41,964 nucleotides of DNA, from positions 1 to 41,964 of the forward strand of contig JAYEKO010000054.1 in NCBI GenBank assembly GCA_034661055.1. Direction: 5' to 3'. Both the position numbers and the translations under genes were made by a program. Position 1 is the stretch's first letter, and each line of letters begins with the position of its first letter. Below are positions 19,531-30,310 of the stretch, piece after piece. The notes under the pieces are model-generated. The model was given only the letters and a program-made list of their open reading frames with translations. It did not search any database and had not been told where the DNA came from. The stretch is from Campylobacterota bacterium (GTDB lineage: Bacteria; Campylobacterota; Campylobacteria; Campylobacterales; Sulfurimonadaceae).

Positions 19531-20244
19531 CTAAAAAGGCCAAACTGCTTTAATTGCTTTGGTCCCCCATCCTTGTTCAATAGAACGATCTAACTCACCT
19601 TGTGAGTTGTAAAGTATTTTGGCATCACTTATTTTACCTGACCCAATTTGGTTGTTCTGATCAATATCGTAAGGTCGAATAACACCACTAAGTTGCAGAA
19701 TCTGTTTTTCATCATCAATCATCATCTCACGACGACCTGAAATAAAATAGTTTCCATTCTCAAGAACTTTAATAATACGAGCTGAAACAGTTGTTGTAAA
19801 TGTTGCTGCTTTGGAGTACGCACCTGCTCCCGTATAACTACTTGTAGAACCTGCTGTAAATCCAACATTAGTCAGATTGTTGGCACCACTCACTACAGAA
19901 GAGACAATACCACTGTCATTACCGGAGCTAAATGTTCCTCCACCAAGTTCTGTTGTATCACTCTCAGATGTATTTTTATTTACACTATTAGAACTATTAA
20001 TGCTCTCGGTAATACTAACGGTCACAATATCATTAACATGCATCGCTTTATGATCTGAGAAGAGTGGGTTATCGCCTTGTCCAAAAATACTTCCTTGAGA
20101 GGTACTTAAATTCTCATTCTCCTTTGCGGGCATCTCTTCTACATACTCTGGTGGTTTAAAGTCCATCTCTGGTTCTATATATTTTCCAGTACAACCACCA
20201 AGTAGCGCTATTGCTATTGTAGATATTACGAGTTCTTTTCTCAT
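19531..20244 (-). CDS. flgH: Flagellar L-ring protein
   Basis: Lipobox LLGGC; LFSDHKA...DIVTV, ENGN, SGVIRPYDI and C-terminal WPF. Confidence 0.95.
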   Translation of the reverse strand: MRKELVISTIAIALLGGCTGKYIEPEMDFKPPEYVEEMPAKENENLSTSQGSIFGQGDNPLFSDHKAMHVNDIVTVSITESINSSNSVNKNTSESDTTELGGGTFSSGNDSGIVSSVVSGANNLTNVGFTAGSTSSYTGAGAYSKAATFTTTVSARIIKVLENGNYFISGRREMMIDDEKQILQLSGVIRPYDIDQNNQIGSGKISDAKILYNSQGELDRSIEQGWGTKAIKAVWPF

Positions 20245-20278
20245 TCAATTATCTCATATTATATTTTTGCTAAAATAA

Positions 20279-20295
20279 AGCAAATTTAGTTCCAA
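20279..20295 (-). promoter_or_regulatory. Sigma-54 promoter of flgH
   Basis: Minus strand reads TTGGAACTAAATTTGCT, i.e. GG-N10-GC -24/-12 spacing, 35 bp upstream of flgH. Confidence 0.8.
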
Positions 20296-20303
20296 GGGAA
20301 ATA

Positions 20304-20747
20304 ATGAGTCTCAAAATACAGATAAAAGATGATATTAAAGCAGCAATGAAAGCAAAAGAGGTTGAAAAACGTGACGCACTACGCCTGCTTGACAGTGCTA
20401 TGAAGCAGATTGAAGTAGATGAGCGTAAAGAACTTAGTGATGATGATGTTTTAGCTATTATTGCTAAACAGGTAAAACAGCGCAATGATTCAGCTACACA
20501 GTACAAAGAGGCAGGACGTGATGACCTACTTGAAAAAGAGTTAGCTGAAATTGCTATTTTTGAAGTCTATCTACCTACACAACTTAGTGATGACGAACTA
20601 AGTACCGCTATTAAAGAGATTATTGCACAAACAGGTGCTGAATCTATGAAAGATATGGGTAAAGTCATGAGAGCAGCTAAAGGTAAAATTGGTAATTTAG
20701 CTGATGGAAAACGTATTAACGAGTGTGTCAAAGCACTTTTAGGCTAA
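20304..20747 (+). CDS. GatB/YqeY domain protein
   Basis: IKAAMKAKE, YLPTQLS, MKDMGKVM and ADGK motifs. Confidence 0.93.
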   Translation: MSLKIQIKDDIKAAMKAKEVEKRDALRLLDSAMKQIEVDERKELSDDDVLAIIAKQVKQRNDSATQYKEAGRDDLLEKELAEIAIFEVYLPTQLSDDELSTAIKEIIAQTGAESMKDMGKVMRAAKGKIGNLADGKRINECVKALLG

Positions 20748-20769
20748 CCTAGATTTACATGTAAATTTT

Positions 20770-21567
20770 CTACTTACACCCTACGCCTGTCTTTAAACAA
20801 CGTAAAGCCTCTTCAACATTGTCTTGACGCATTAATGATTCACCAACTAAAAATGCGTCAACACCTGCTTTATGCAGGTCTGGTAATTGACCATGTTCGT
20901 AAATACCGCTCTCAGCAACAATAATCTTTCCGTTTGGAATAAGTGGAATCAAGTCGTAACATAGATTCATGTCCATCTCAAAAGTATCTAAATTTCTATG
21001 ATTAATCCCAATAATATCAGCTCCAGCATAAATGGCTTTCGTTAAATCTTTTTTATCATGAACCTCAACGAGTGCCTCCATGCCAAGATGACGTGTGTAG
21101 TTAAGTAGCTCTTTTAACTCTGAACGACTTAGACACTTTGCAATTAAAAGAACAAAATCTGCACCATACACAAGCGCTTCAACAAGTTGATATTTTGAGA
21201 CAATAAAATCTTTACGAAGAAGAGGAATACCTACATAGCGACGAATTCCAGCCAAGTATTCTAAGTCTCCCTGAAAAAAATGAGGTTCTGTTAAAACAGA
21301 GATAGCATTAGCACCGCCTCGTTCATACCCTTGAGCAATGTCAAATGGGTCAAAATCTTCACGAATCACTCCTTTTGAAGGGCTTGCTTTTTTGACCTCT
21401 GAAATAATACGGTAAGGCTCCTCTTCTGTAGAAGTTAAAAAGCCATGCACTTCACGTGGAACTCGCGCATTAAATGCTAGTGATTTGCCTAACCAATCAA
21501 GGGTATACTCTTTTTCACGAACAGCTAAATCTTCTTTTGTCTTTTCAATAATATCATCTAAAATCAT
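20770..21567 (-). CDS. trpC: Indole-3-glycerol phosphate synthase
   Basis: [26 protein letters not shown] and LVGESLM motifs. Confidence 0.96.
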   Translation of the reverse strand: MILDDIIEKTKEDLAVREKEYTLDWLGKSLAFNARVPREVHGFLTSTEEEPYRIISEVKKASPSKGVIREDFDPFDIAQGYERGGANAISVLTEPHFFQGDLEYLAGIRRYVGIPLLRKDFIVSKYQLVEALVYGADFVLLIAKCLSRSELKELLNYTRHLGMEALVEVHDKKDLTKAIYAGADIIGINHRNLDTFEMDMNLCYDLIPLIPNGKIIVAESGIYEHGQLPDLHKAGVDAFLVGESLMRQDNVEEALRCLKTGVGCK

Positions 21568-22835
21568 CTATCTTTTTCCTTTAAACATTTTTCAATTGCT
21601 CTCATGTGATCCTGCACTTCTTCATCATCTTGACCTAATGATTCTTCAACTTGTTTCATCAACTTATATGCCTCTTTGCATCGTTTCTGTTTGTAATAAC
21701 CCCATGCTAATGAATCGAGATAAAATACTGAATCTGGAGAGATGTCAAGAGCTCGATTGACATACTCCATTCCCTCTTCAATATCTAAATTATGGTCAAT
21801 CATCAAGTAACCAAGATAGTTTAAAAAAAGCGCATCTTCATTTTGTAATACTGCATTTTTAAGCTCTTTTATTACCTTATTGAGCATCGCTGTATCATTT
21901 TTATTTTCACTTGATTCATAACTGAAAATAGCGCTCTGTCCTAGAAAATAGCTCTCACCACTCTCTTGATAAATCTCTTTTGCAAGCAGTGCTGCTTTTT
22001 TATAGTTTTTTGCATTAACGTAAAGACGCAATAGCAGTTCACTGTTTATTTTATTTTCTTCTAAAAAAACAGTTAATTTTGGAAAATCTTGTTGGTAATT
22101 GTAAATATTTACAATAGCCTCACCAACGTGCACATTTTGATTCTCAGCATACATTCTCATATAAATAGAGAGCATCCCCTCAATATTATTTTGATTACTG
22201 TAAAAACCAGCTAATCTATTACATACTATTTCAGAGCAGCCATGAAGTCTATTATGTGTCTCTAAATAAGATATTGCTTCATCTTTACGTCCTAAGTTAA
22301 CATAGAGCGTTACAGCAAGAGTATCTAAAATATTCTCACCATAATTAATAGCGTAAGCACTCTCTAAATATTTCATGGACATCTCAAAGTTCTCTTGCTT
22401 TTGGTAAATTTGACTTAAAATAAGGTAATCACCCTCTTCTTTAGTCATGGCCACAAGTTCTAACGCTAGACTCTTTGCCTTTTCAATCTTCTCTACTTCA
22501 AGTAGAGCTGCAACTTTAAAACGCATTAATTTAGCATCATCGTCATTACGAAGCAGCTGCTCAGATGTTATGGTAATCACCTGATCGTAGTTTTCGTTTT
22601 TCATCAACATATTTATCGTTCTGTAGCGATACTCCATGTTGTTAGTCTTAGTATATAAAATATTGAAATATTGAGCTGCACCACCATAATTATGTCTAAC
22701 CTCAGCATCAAGTCCATACATAATAAACTCATCTTCTCTATCAAAGGTCTTAATATTGCTTATTTGAGAATCAGGTTGTATCTGCATACATCCACTCATA
22801 AATAACATAGCAATAAAAAACAGTGATTTAAACAT
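21564..22835 (-). CDS. TPR-repeat lipoprotein
   Basis: Lipobox-like FMSGC; LNYLGY and [13 protein letters not shown] motifs; alternative start 22856. Confidence 0.82.
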   Translation of the reverse strand: MFKSLFFIAMLFMSGCMQIQPDSQISNIKTFDREDEFIMYGLDAEVRHNYGGAAQYFNILYTKTNNMEYRYRTINMLMKNENYDQVITITSEQLLRNDDDAKLMRFKVAALLEVEKIEKAKSLALELVAMTKEEGDYLILSQIYQKQENFEMSMKYLESAYAINYGENILDTLAVTLYVNLGRKDEAISYLETHNRLHGCSEIVCNRLAGFYSNQNNIEGMLSIYMRMYAENQNVHVGEAIVNIYNYQQDFPKLTVFLEENKINSELLLRLYVNAKNYKKAALLAKEIYQESGESYFLGQSAIFSYESSENKNDTAMLNKVIKELKNAVLQNEDALFLNYLGYLMIDHNLDIEEGMEYVNRALDISPDSVFYLDSLAWGYYKQKRCKEAYKLMKQVEESLGQDDEEVQDHMRAIEKCLKEKDR

Positions 22836-23208
22836 CGATAATACCTGGACATTCATCTTTTAACTCTTGTATATTATTTTTAAAATAGTCCCAAAATGGG
22901 AACGTTTTACACTGTTGTGGTCTCGCTTCATAGATGGAGCAGCCGTTGATTTCTCGTGAATAAAAAATACAGTCATGAGAGTCACCTACTTTCTTCTCTT
23001 TAAGGGAGTATTTATAGCCTTTTTTAACTAAAAACTCTTTAGTAAAAGCCTGTTCATCAATTTTTAATAACGCCGCCATAGCAATGACTTCTGAACGTTT
23101 TACAAAAATATTACCGCTCTCTCCAGTACAACAACGTCCACCACAATCACTACAGTAACTGTAGTCAAATTGGTAAACAAAACCTTCTTGAGTCATCACA
23201 GTTGACAT
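22828..23208 (-). CDS. YkgJ family cysteine cluster protein
   Basis: CSDCGGRCC, CIFY and CSIYEARPQQCKTFPFW motifs; start may be 23196. Confidence 0.9.
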   Translation of the reverse strand: MSTVMTQEGFVYQFDYSYCSDCGGRCCTGESGNIFVKRSEVIAMAALLKIDEQAFTKEFLVKKGYKYSLKEKKVGDSHDCIFYSREINGCSIYEARPQQCKTFPFWDYFKNNIQELKDECPGIIDV

Positions 23209-23891
23209 TTTATACTCTGTGTTCTTGCTTTTTCATAGACTCGTTTAGCTTCTTTAGAAAATTCATCTCCATCAAAGGCTATAAATGGTGCTAAAGTATT
23301 CATGAGTGACTTGGAATTTTTTCGAGCATGGACCATTACAAGTGACGCTTTTCTATCTATTTTTGAATGCACGAATTGTACATCAACAACCCTTAATTTC
23401 ACCGTATTTAACTCTGCACAAATCAGTCCAAACTGCATAGAATCATAACAGAAGATAAAATGTCCCTGTGGACGTAACAGTCTGCTCACTTTTTTAAAAA
23501 ACTGCTGCAGTGGTAAATGAACATTATAGCGCGAAGTATGACGCATAATGTCACTGCTTTTTTCTACTCCATCATGATAAAAAGGTGGATTAGAAATTAT
23601 GTATTGAAACCCTCTTTCATCATGAAAGTCAAGCAGGTCGCTATGATGAATTTTACATGTAATATTATTCACCCGTGCATTTTGTGTAGCGTATTCCACA
23701 AAGGTTTCCTGTTTCTCAACAGATTCCAAAAGCACTTTTGGAAAATCGCGTGCTACAAGAAGCCCTACAACCCCTGAACCTGCACCAACATCAAGAACTC
23801 TGCCTTTGGGATTAAATTTACTGATAAAGTCATATAAAAACATTGAATCACTGTTATAACAGTAACCCGATTCTGGCTGATAAAGTAGCAT
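23196..23891 (-). CDS. tRNA1(Val) A37 N6-methyltransferase family (YfiC/TrmN6-like)
   Basis: YQP..GY.YNSDS, LDVGAGSG and SNPPFY motifs. Confidence 0.85.
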   Translation of the reverse strand: MLLYQPESGYCYNSDSMFLYDFISKFNPKGRVLDVGAGSGVVGLLVARDFPKVLLESVEKQETFVEYATQNARVNNITCKIHHSDLLDFHDERGFQYIISNPPFYHDGVEKSSDIMRHTSRYNVHLPLQQFFKKVSRLLRPQGHFIFCYDSMQFGLICAELNTVKLRVVDVQFVHSKIDRKASLVMVHARKNSKSLMNTLAPFIAFDGDEFSKEAKRVYEKARTQSIKCQL

Positions 23892-23946
23892 TAATCCCTT
23901 TTTTTGTATAATTTACGCAATTATACAATTACAAGGTTAAATCATC

Positions 23947-24666
23947 ATGATAATTATTCCTGCACGTCTTGCATCAACCCGTTTTCCGCAAAAAGTTTTA
24001 GCCGATATAGGCGGTCTTCCCATGGTAGTTCGAACTGCCAAACGCGTTGAACACCTTGGCCGTGTTGTTGTTGCAGCTGACAATGAAAGTATTATTACTA
24101 CATGTAAGAAACATGGCATTGAAGCAATGTTAACATCAGACACCCACAAAAGCGGAACGGACCGAATTAACGAGTGTGCCAATCTTTTGCAACTTGATGA
24201 TGATGAGCTTGTCATTAATATTCAAGCAGACGAACCTTTTATTGAACCCGAAGTAGTCGATGAGCTCATGACACGACTTGAATCTCTAAAAAGTGCCAAA
24301 GAGCCATTTATAATGGGAAGTTGCTATAACGCTATTAATGCGGAATCTGCGCAAGATCCCAATCTTGTTAAAGTTGTTCTCGATGATATACAAAACGCTA
24401 TCTACTTTTCTCGCTCACTTATTCCTTTTAACAGGAGTGGAAGCGCCACCTATTTTGGACACATTGGAATTTACGGCTTTACCAAGAAAAGCCTCAATGA
24501 TTTCTGTTCACTTGACGATGCCCCAATTGAAGACATTGAAAAATTAGAGCAGTTACGTGCCATCTATCATGGTAAAAAAATTACTATGGTTAAAGTGACA
24601 AGCACCGGCTTTGGAATTGATACGAAAGAGGATCTAGAACGGGCTAAAGAGATTTTTTTAGTTTAG
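23947..24666 (+). CDS. kdsB: 3-deoxy-manno-octulosonate cytidylyltransferase
   Basis: IPARLASTRFPQK, SGTDR, YFSRS, HIGIY and EKLEQLRA motifs. Confidence 0.96.
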   Translation: MIIIPARLASTRFPQKVLADIGGLPMVVRTAKRVEHLGRVVVAADNESIITTCKKHGIEAMLTSDTHKSGTDRINECANLLQLDDDELVINIQADEPFIEPEVVDELMTRLESLKSAKEPFIMGSCYNAINAESAQDPNLVKVVLDDIQNAIYFSRSLIPFNRSGSATYFGHIGIYGFTKKSLNDFCSLDDAPIEDIEKLEQLRAIYHGKKITMVKVTSTGFGIDTKEDLERAKEIFLV

Positions 24667-24743
24667 AGTCCCTATCTATAGGGCTTTGTAGATATTACAG
24701 AAAATATATAAAAACTAAAAAGTGGAATATTTATGGATGAAGG

Positions 24744-24767
24744 TATGTCACCTAAAAAGGTGACATA
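24744..24767. terminator. Hairpin just downstream of rpsO (convergent with kdsB)
   Basis: TATGTCACCT-AAAA-AGGTGACATA, perfect 10-bp stem. Confidence 0.65.
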
Positions 24768-24780
24768 AAGTAGTTACTAC

Positions 24781-25056
24781 TTAGATATTGTCACGAAGAT
24801 CTAAAGCTTCGATTAGTTTTGCATACTCTGCACGGTTGCTACGTTTTAGGTAACGCATTAAACGACGACGCTGACCAACAAGCTTTAAAAGACCTAAACG
24901 TGATGCGTGATCTTTTTTGAATGATTTTAAGTGCTCTGTTAGTTCAGTAATACGTGCTGAAAGCAGTGCAACTTGTACTGAAGTTGAACCAGTGTCTGTT
25001 TCTGATTGTCCGAATTGTTTAACAATTTCTTGTTTTTTCGCCGAATCTAAAGCCAT
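24781..25056 (-). CDS. rpsO: 30S ribosomal protein S15
   Basis: [12 protein letters not shown] and [20 protein letters not shown] motifs. Confidence 0.98.
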   Translation of the reverse strand: MALDSAKKQEIVKQFGQSETDTGSTSVQVALLSARITELTEHLKSFKKDHASRLGLLKLVGQRRRLMRYLKRSNRAEYAKLIEALDLRDNI

Positions 25057-25261
25057 AATGACCTCCTGATGGGTATATTAAATTTGCTCAAAGCATTACT
25101 GCTTTTTTTTGCTGATTGGAATTATATCCAAATAAATCTGCATTTAAAAGGCTTTTAAATGTATATGGTACATAAAAACATTTTACTAAGACAGCTTTAT
25201 TATCTTTTGATGTTGAACCGCTATAATACACAATTATATAATATTTATTTAGGAATTTTTA

Positions 25262-25666
25262 ATGCTAATGACACGCGCAAGCGAATATGCTCTTCTATCA
25301 TTAATTGTATTGGCTCGTTCACAAAAGCCTTTAGGGGCTGAAAACCTCTCAAATGAACTCAATATTTCAAAAAGTTTTTTGGCAAAAATTTTACAATCAA
25401 TGGCAAGAGCAAAAATTTTAAACTCCTACAAAGGTGTTAATGGAGGATTTTCTCTTGCTAAAGAGAGTAGTGAAATCACCATATTAGAGGTGCTTCAAGC
25501 TGCTGAAGGAAAATCTCCAGCAGTATTTGACTGCTCTCCTTCTCCAGAGAGCTGTCCATCAGACAGAGCTGGAACATGTGGCATTTGGCCTTTTTTAAAT
25601 CGTCTACAAGGAAAGATTGATACGTTCTTAGACGATCTAACCTTAGCAGACGTCATAGAAGAGTAA
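25262..25666 (+). CDS. Rrf2 family transcriptional regulator
   Basis: [13 protein letters not shown] and GVNGGFSLA motifs; three C-terminal Cys. Confidence 0.92.
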   Translation: MLMTRASEYALLSLIVLARSQKPLGAENLSNELNISKSFLAKILQSMARAKILNSYKGVNGGFSLAKESSEITILEVLQAAEGKSPAVFDCSPSPESCPSDRAGTCGIWPFLNRLQGKIDTFLDDLTLADVIEE

Positions 25667-25671
25667 CTTTT

Positions 25672-27846
25672 TTGGCAGGAGTAAAAAAAGGAAAGCAAAG
25701 ACTAGGAGAGACCCTTAGTTTCATAGTAGAGAACCGTGACTTAGGTATTGTAGTCTTTGTCATGTCTATTTTAGCAATTATTATTGTTCCACTCCCTACT
25801 GCTCTTCTTGATTTTATGCTAACCATCTCCATTGCTGTTGCCGTTTTAATTATTTTAATTTCACTCTATATTCCAAAACCTACCGATTTAACAACATTTC
25901 CAACACTTATTCTTGTTATTACCCTTTTTAGGCTATCTCTAAATGTAGCCACTACCAGAATGATTTTAAGTCATGGTAATGAGGGGCCAGATGCTGTTAG
26001 TGAGATTATTGGAAGTTTTGGAAACTTTGTTGTCGGCGGTAACTACGTTATTGGTATTGTTGTTTTTAGTATCTTAGTACTTATTAACTTTATGGTCATA
26101 ACCAAAGGTTCAACCAGAGTTGCTGAAGTAGCTGCACGTTTTACACTTGATGCAATGCCAGGAAAGCAGATGGCAATTGATGCGGACCTCAATGCCGGCC
26201 TCATTGATGAGGCTGAAGCAAAGTCACGTCGTGCTGAGATTTTACAAAGTGCCAACTTCTATGGAGCTATGGACGGGTCAAGTAAGTTTGTAAAAGGTGA
26301 TGCGGTTGCGGGAATTATTATTACCCTCATTAACATTATTGGCGGTTTTTTGATTGGTGTCTTTCAATTTGACATGGATGTCAGTGCAAGCGCACAGACC
26401 TACACAATCTTAACCATAGGTGATGGACTTGTCTCTCAAATTCCAGCACTTATTATCTCAACTGCAACAGGTATTATGATTACACGATCATCAGATGATG
26501 GCGGTAGCTTTGCTGAAGGCACCATCAATCAACTAATGAGTAATGCCAAGACTCTTATTATTGTCGGGTTTATCATGACAGTCTTTGCTTTAGTTCCTGG
26601 GCTTCCAACACTCTCAATGGGCTTTGTTGGTCTTATTTTTCTACTTCTTGGGTACTCGCTCTATAAATTTGAAAAGGGAGAATTTAAACTTTTTCAAGAG
26701 GCTTCTGAGAAAAAATCAACAGAAGAAGCAAAACAGGAGATGGCAAAAAAGCCAAAGAAAACACAACAAGAGATTGCAAAAGAGGAAGAGACTGCTTTAG
26801 AAGATATTTTAAAAGTAGAGATGCTAGAATTAACATTGGGGTACCAACTTATTAAACTAGCAGATGCATCACAAGGTGGTGATCTACTCGAGCGTATCCG
26901 CTCAATGCGTCGTAAAATTGCTTCTGACTTAGGTTTTTTAATGCCTCAAGTCCGTATTCGTGACAACTTACACCTTCAGCCCAATCAGTATCAAATTATG
27001 CTTAAAGGGACTAATATTGGTGATGGTAATATTCAGCCCGAATCATTTTTGGCTATGGACAGCGGTATGGCTGTAGGAGATGTTGAAGGAACACCAACAA
27101 AAGAGCCTGCTTTTGGATTAGATGCACTATGGATAAGACCTGAGCTAAAAGAAGATGCTATCATGAATGGCTATACTGTTGTAGACCCAGCTACTGTCAT
27201 CTCAACACATATGAGTGAATTGGTCAAAAAACATGCTGAGGAACTACTCTCACGTCAAGATGTACAGACACTCATTGATAAGATAAAAACAGATTACCCT
27301 GTTATTGTAGATGACCTTCTTAAAGTAACGAGCATAGGTCTAATTCAACGTGTATTTAAAGCACTTTTACATGAACGAATTCCATTAAAAGATATGCTCA
27401 CAATTTTAGAGAGCATAGCTGATATTGCTGAATATACTAAAAACGTAGAAATTATTACTGAGCAGGTGCGCTCCAGACTATCTCGTACCATTACAACCAT
27501 GTATAAAGGTGAAGATGGTGTCATTAAACTTTTAACATTTGATACAGCAAGTGAACAGAAGCTACTTGAGAAATCTCATGAACAAGATGGCGTACGTAAC
27601 TTTTTGCTTAATGTAGGAGAGATTAACCAACTCATTCAAGCAAGCAGTGAAAAAGCATCTGAGATTCTTCAGAAGGGGGTTTCACCTGTTATTGTCATTG
27701 TTGATCCTGCACTTAGACATCCACTTTCTGAGATCTATGAGCGATTTGGTCTTGATATTGTCACCCTCTCACATGCTGAAATTGACTCCAATGCCAAATT
27801 TGAAGTCTTAGGATCCATAAATATTGAAACACAAGGAAACTCTTGA
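25672..27846 (+). CDS. flhA: Flagellar export gate protein FlhA
   Basis: [32 protein letters not shown] and EPAFG motifs. Confidence 0.97.
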   Translation: MAGVKKGKQRLGETLSFIVENRDLGIVVFVMSILAIIIVPLPTALLDFMLTISIAVAVLIILISLYIPKPTDLTTFPTLILVITLFRLSLNVATTRMILSHGNEGPDAVSEIIGSFGNFVVGGNYVIGIVVFSILVLINFMVITKGSTRVAEVAARFTLDAMPGKQMAIDADLNAGLIDEAEAKSRRAEILQSANFYGAMDGSSKFVKGDAVAGIIITLINIIGGFLIGVFQFDMDVSASAQTYTILTIGDGLVSQIPALIISTATGIMITRSSDDGGSFAEGTINQLMSNAKTLIIVGFIMTVFALVPGLPTLSMGFVGLIFLLLGYSLYKFEKGEFKLFQEASEKKSTEEAKQEMAKKPKKTQQEIAKEEETALEDILKVEMLELTLGYQLIKLADASQGGDLLERIRSMRRKIASDLGFLMPQVRIRDNLHLQPNQYQIMLKGTNIGDGNIQPESFLAMDSGMAVGDVEGTPTKEPAFGLDALWIRPELKEDAIMNGYTVVDPATVISTHMSELVKKHAEELLSRQDVQTLIDKIKTDYPVIVDDLLKVTSIGLIQRVFKALLHERIPLKDMLTILESIADIAEYTKNVEIITEQVRSRLSRTITTMYKGEDGVIKLLTFDTASEQKLLEKSHEQDGVRNFLLNVGEINQLIQASSEKASEILQKGVSPVIVIVDPALRHPLSEIYERFGLDIVTLSHAEIDSNAKFEVLGSINIETQGNS

Positions 27847-28922
27847 AAAAAATCTATCACCTATCACACATTGACCTAGATGGCTATGGCTGTCAACTTG
27901 TTATGAGCTACACACCTTATACTATGATTTCTTATAATGCCAACTATGGCGCAGAAGTTTTAGAGCGTCTTAAAGAGATTTTAGAGGCTGTTAAGAGTCA
28001 TAAAGATGACGCTACGATTTTAATTAGTGATCTTAACCTCTATCCTGATGAGTCTCGCATGCTTCACAGAGAAGTTCAAGACCTTTGTGAACGGGGAAGG
28101 AATATTGAGATTATCTTACTAGATCATCACGGAAGTGGTGAAGAGTCTGCTAAAAAATATGAGTGGTACTATCTTGATACGACACGCTGTGCCACAAAAA
28201 TTGTATATGACTATGCTCTTGAACATTTTAATCTACAGAGTAATGAACCAGAGTGGCTAAACAGTTTTGTCAATGTCATTAACGCAGTTGACTTATGGCA
28301 CCAAGATGATGTCGACAACTTTGAGTACGGAAAAGTATGTATGCGTCTTATTACAGAAACTCGTGAGTTAAACCGTGTTATCTTTAGTAATGAAGACAGA
28401 AACTATAAATTGTCACTGCTTAAAAAAGCGGCAGCACTTCGAAAAGACAGTAGCTCAAATATTGAGCTTGATGCAAGTATTCACAGCTTTAAAAAGAGCT
28501 TCTTCATGGAAGATACAGACAATACTCTTGACAACCTAGCGACTGCTAAAGTAGTCTCTCTACTTGGTTTAAAACGCTCAACTATGACCATTTACTATAA
28601 AGGCTATCGTGGTTTCTTAAGCTATGGTGTTGGAAATACTTCCATTGTAGGTAATGGGTTCTTACTAGCCTATCCAGAATATGACTTTATTGTAGATATT
28701 AGCTATCGTGGTACCATGAGTCTTCGTGCCAATAACCAAGTAGATGTCTCTTTAATTGCTAAAGAGTGGGCCAATGGAGGTGGACATCCTAACGCCTCTG
28801 GTGGACGTATTCAAGGCTTTAAAGAGCAGTACCGTTATGACAAAGTAAAAGAGCAGATAGAGAAGATTGTTAATAAAAGTGAATCCGTAGCAGGTAAGCT
28901 TGAGGCTAAAATAGAAGATTAA
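27843..28922 (+). CDS. DHH family phosphoesterase
   Basis: SHIDLDG, LDHH and GGGHPNASG motifs. Confidence 0.88.
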   Translation: MKKIYHLSHIDLDGYGCQLVMSYTPYTMISYNANYGAEVLERLKEILEAVKSHKDDATILISDLNLYPDESRMLHREVQDLCERGRNIEIILLDHHGSGEESAKKYEWYYLDTTRCATKIVYDYALEHFNLQSNEPEWLNSFVNVINAVDLWHQDDVDNFEYGKVCMRLITETRELNRVIFSNEDRNYKLSLLKKAAALRKDSSSNIELDASIHSFKKSFFMEDTDNTLDNLATAKVVSLLGLKRSTMTIYYKGYRGFLSYGVGNTSIVGNGFLLAYPEYDFIVDISYRGTMSLRANNQVDVSLIAKEWANGGGHPNASGGRIQGFKEQYRYDKVKEQIEKIVNKSESVAGKLEAKIED

Positions 28923-28928
28923 TATCTT

Positions 28929-30305
28929 CTATTGGTTTTTTAGAAAATAACGCTCTATTCCCTCAGCCATCCCCTGTGCAAAACGTTTCTGATAACTACT
29001 CGTAATAAGGCGCTTTGCTTCCATTGGATTACTTACAAATCCAACCTCAACTAAAACAGCCGGCATCTGAGCACCAACTAATACCCAAAATGGTCCTTTA
29101 CGAACACCACCATCTTTAACATTTGAGTAACTTTTTCTTAGTCGCTTTAAAATGCTCTGCTGTAGGTCTATACCAAGCTTATTGGATGCTATTATTTTTT
29201 CACGATTTAAGAAATTTAAAAAACTATCTTTTCCAAAACGGTTCATCGTACTCACATCTTTAACATTCTCTTTTGCAGCAACACGCTCAGACTTTTTACT
29301 TTTTGCCGGTGATAAAAAATAGGTCTCAACTCCTTTGGCATTGTGAATATCACCATTTCTAGGAATAGCATTGGCATGAATTGAAATAAACATATCTGCT
29401 TTTCTTTTATTGGCATATTCAGTACGCTTGGATAGTTTAATAAAACTGTCTTTATTGCGAGTCAAATAGACTTTATAGCCTTTTTTATTTAATATTTTAG
29501 AGAGCTCTTTAGATATTTTATAAACAATATCTTTCTCATAGATATTTTTTTTATATCCAACAGCTCCACTGTCTTTACCACCGTGACCAGGGTCTATTAC
29601 TATAATTTTATTTTTTTTAATAGGGGAACTGACTACAGGACTGTGAGAGATCTGTGCTTTGTAGCTTTTAATCCCAGGCTTAATAATTAGCCTATTGTCT
29701 TCATAATAAAATCGTAATTTCAACCTTTTATTATGCTCAATGACAAGTCGCACTATTTCATGTTTATATTGCGACATACTTACCCGTTTGAGTTGTGATT
29801 TTTTTAGTTTATAATTTTTACCCAAAAGGGAGCTCTTAATATCAAAAATATATCGGTAACTCTTCTTTTTTTTATCTTCTATTTTAAAATAATTAACTCT
29901 ATTTTTAGTGAGCTTCTTTGAAAATGTGAGAATAAGCTCATTCTCTTTCCACTTGGCACTACTAATACTGTGTATGTTAATTACATGTATTTTTTTGGGA
30001 GATGTTTTATTGGTCGATTTTTTAACAATCTGTTTTTTAGAAGATACTTTTTTCTTGTAATCACTTACATCAATATGAAGTTTCGTTCCCGATGCAACAA
30101 TACCATTTAAGGCCCTATTTTTAAGCTTACTATCACCACTCATAAGTGCTTGCAAATAGAGATTTTTGTAATCATTATAGGCAGTAAATATTTTACTCTT
30201 ATTTCCACTTTTAAGTGCACTGTCCGCCCGTTTTAATAATTCACTATTAGATATACCATAGAGGTTAAAAGCCAATAGAAACGGGAGAATAAGACGTAAC
30301 AGCAA
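28929..30305 (-). CDS. amiA: N-acetylmuramoyl-L-alanine amidase
   Basis: IDPGHGGKD, ISIHAN and VLVEVGF motifs; signal peptide. Confidence 0.92.
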   Translation of the reverse strand: MLLRLILPFLLAFNLYGISNSELLKRADSALKSGNKSKIFTAYNDYKNLYLQALMSGDSKLKNRALNGIVASGTKLHIDVSDYKKKVSSKKQIVKKSTNKTSPKKIHVINIHSISSAKWKENELILTFSKKLTKNRVNYFKIEDKKKKSYRYIFDIKSSLLGKNYKLKKSQLKRVSMSQYKHEIVRLVIEHNKRLKLRFYYEDNRLIIKPGIKSYKAQISHSPVVSSPIKKNKIIVIDPGHGGKDSGAVGYKKNIYEKDIVYKISKELSKILNKKGYKVYLTRNKDSFIKLSKRTEYANKRKADMFISIHANAIPRNGDIHNAKGVETYFLSPAKSKKSERVAAKENVKDVSTMNRFGKDSFLNFLNREKIIASNKLGIDLQQSILKRLRKSYSNVKDGGVRKGPFWVLVGAQMPAVLVEVGFVSNPMEAKRLITSSYQKRFAQGMAEGIERYFLKNQ

Positions 30306-30310
30306 ACTGT

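Noticed and set aside
23196..23891. NPPF methyltransferase as the DNA methylase for TACATGTA
   Set aside because: Its size, N-terminal YQP..GY...DS motif and context fit the tRNA A37 N6-methyltransferase family, and no target-recognition domain is evident.
25057..25120. Possible S15 autoregulatory leader (AAAGCA-TTAC-TGCTTT hairpin)
   Set aside because: The stem is weak and AT-rich and cannot be supported without covariation analysis.
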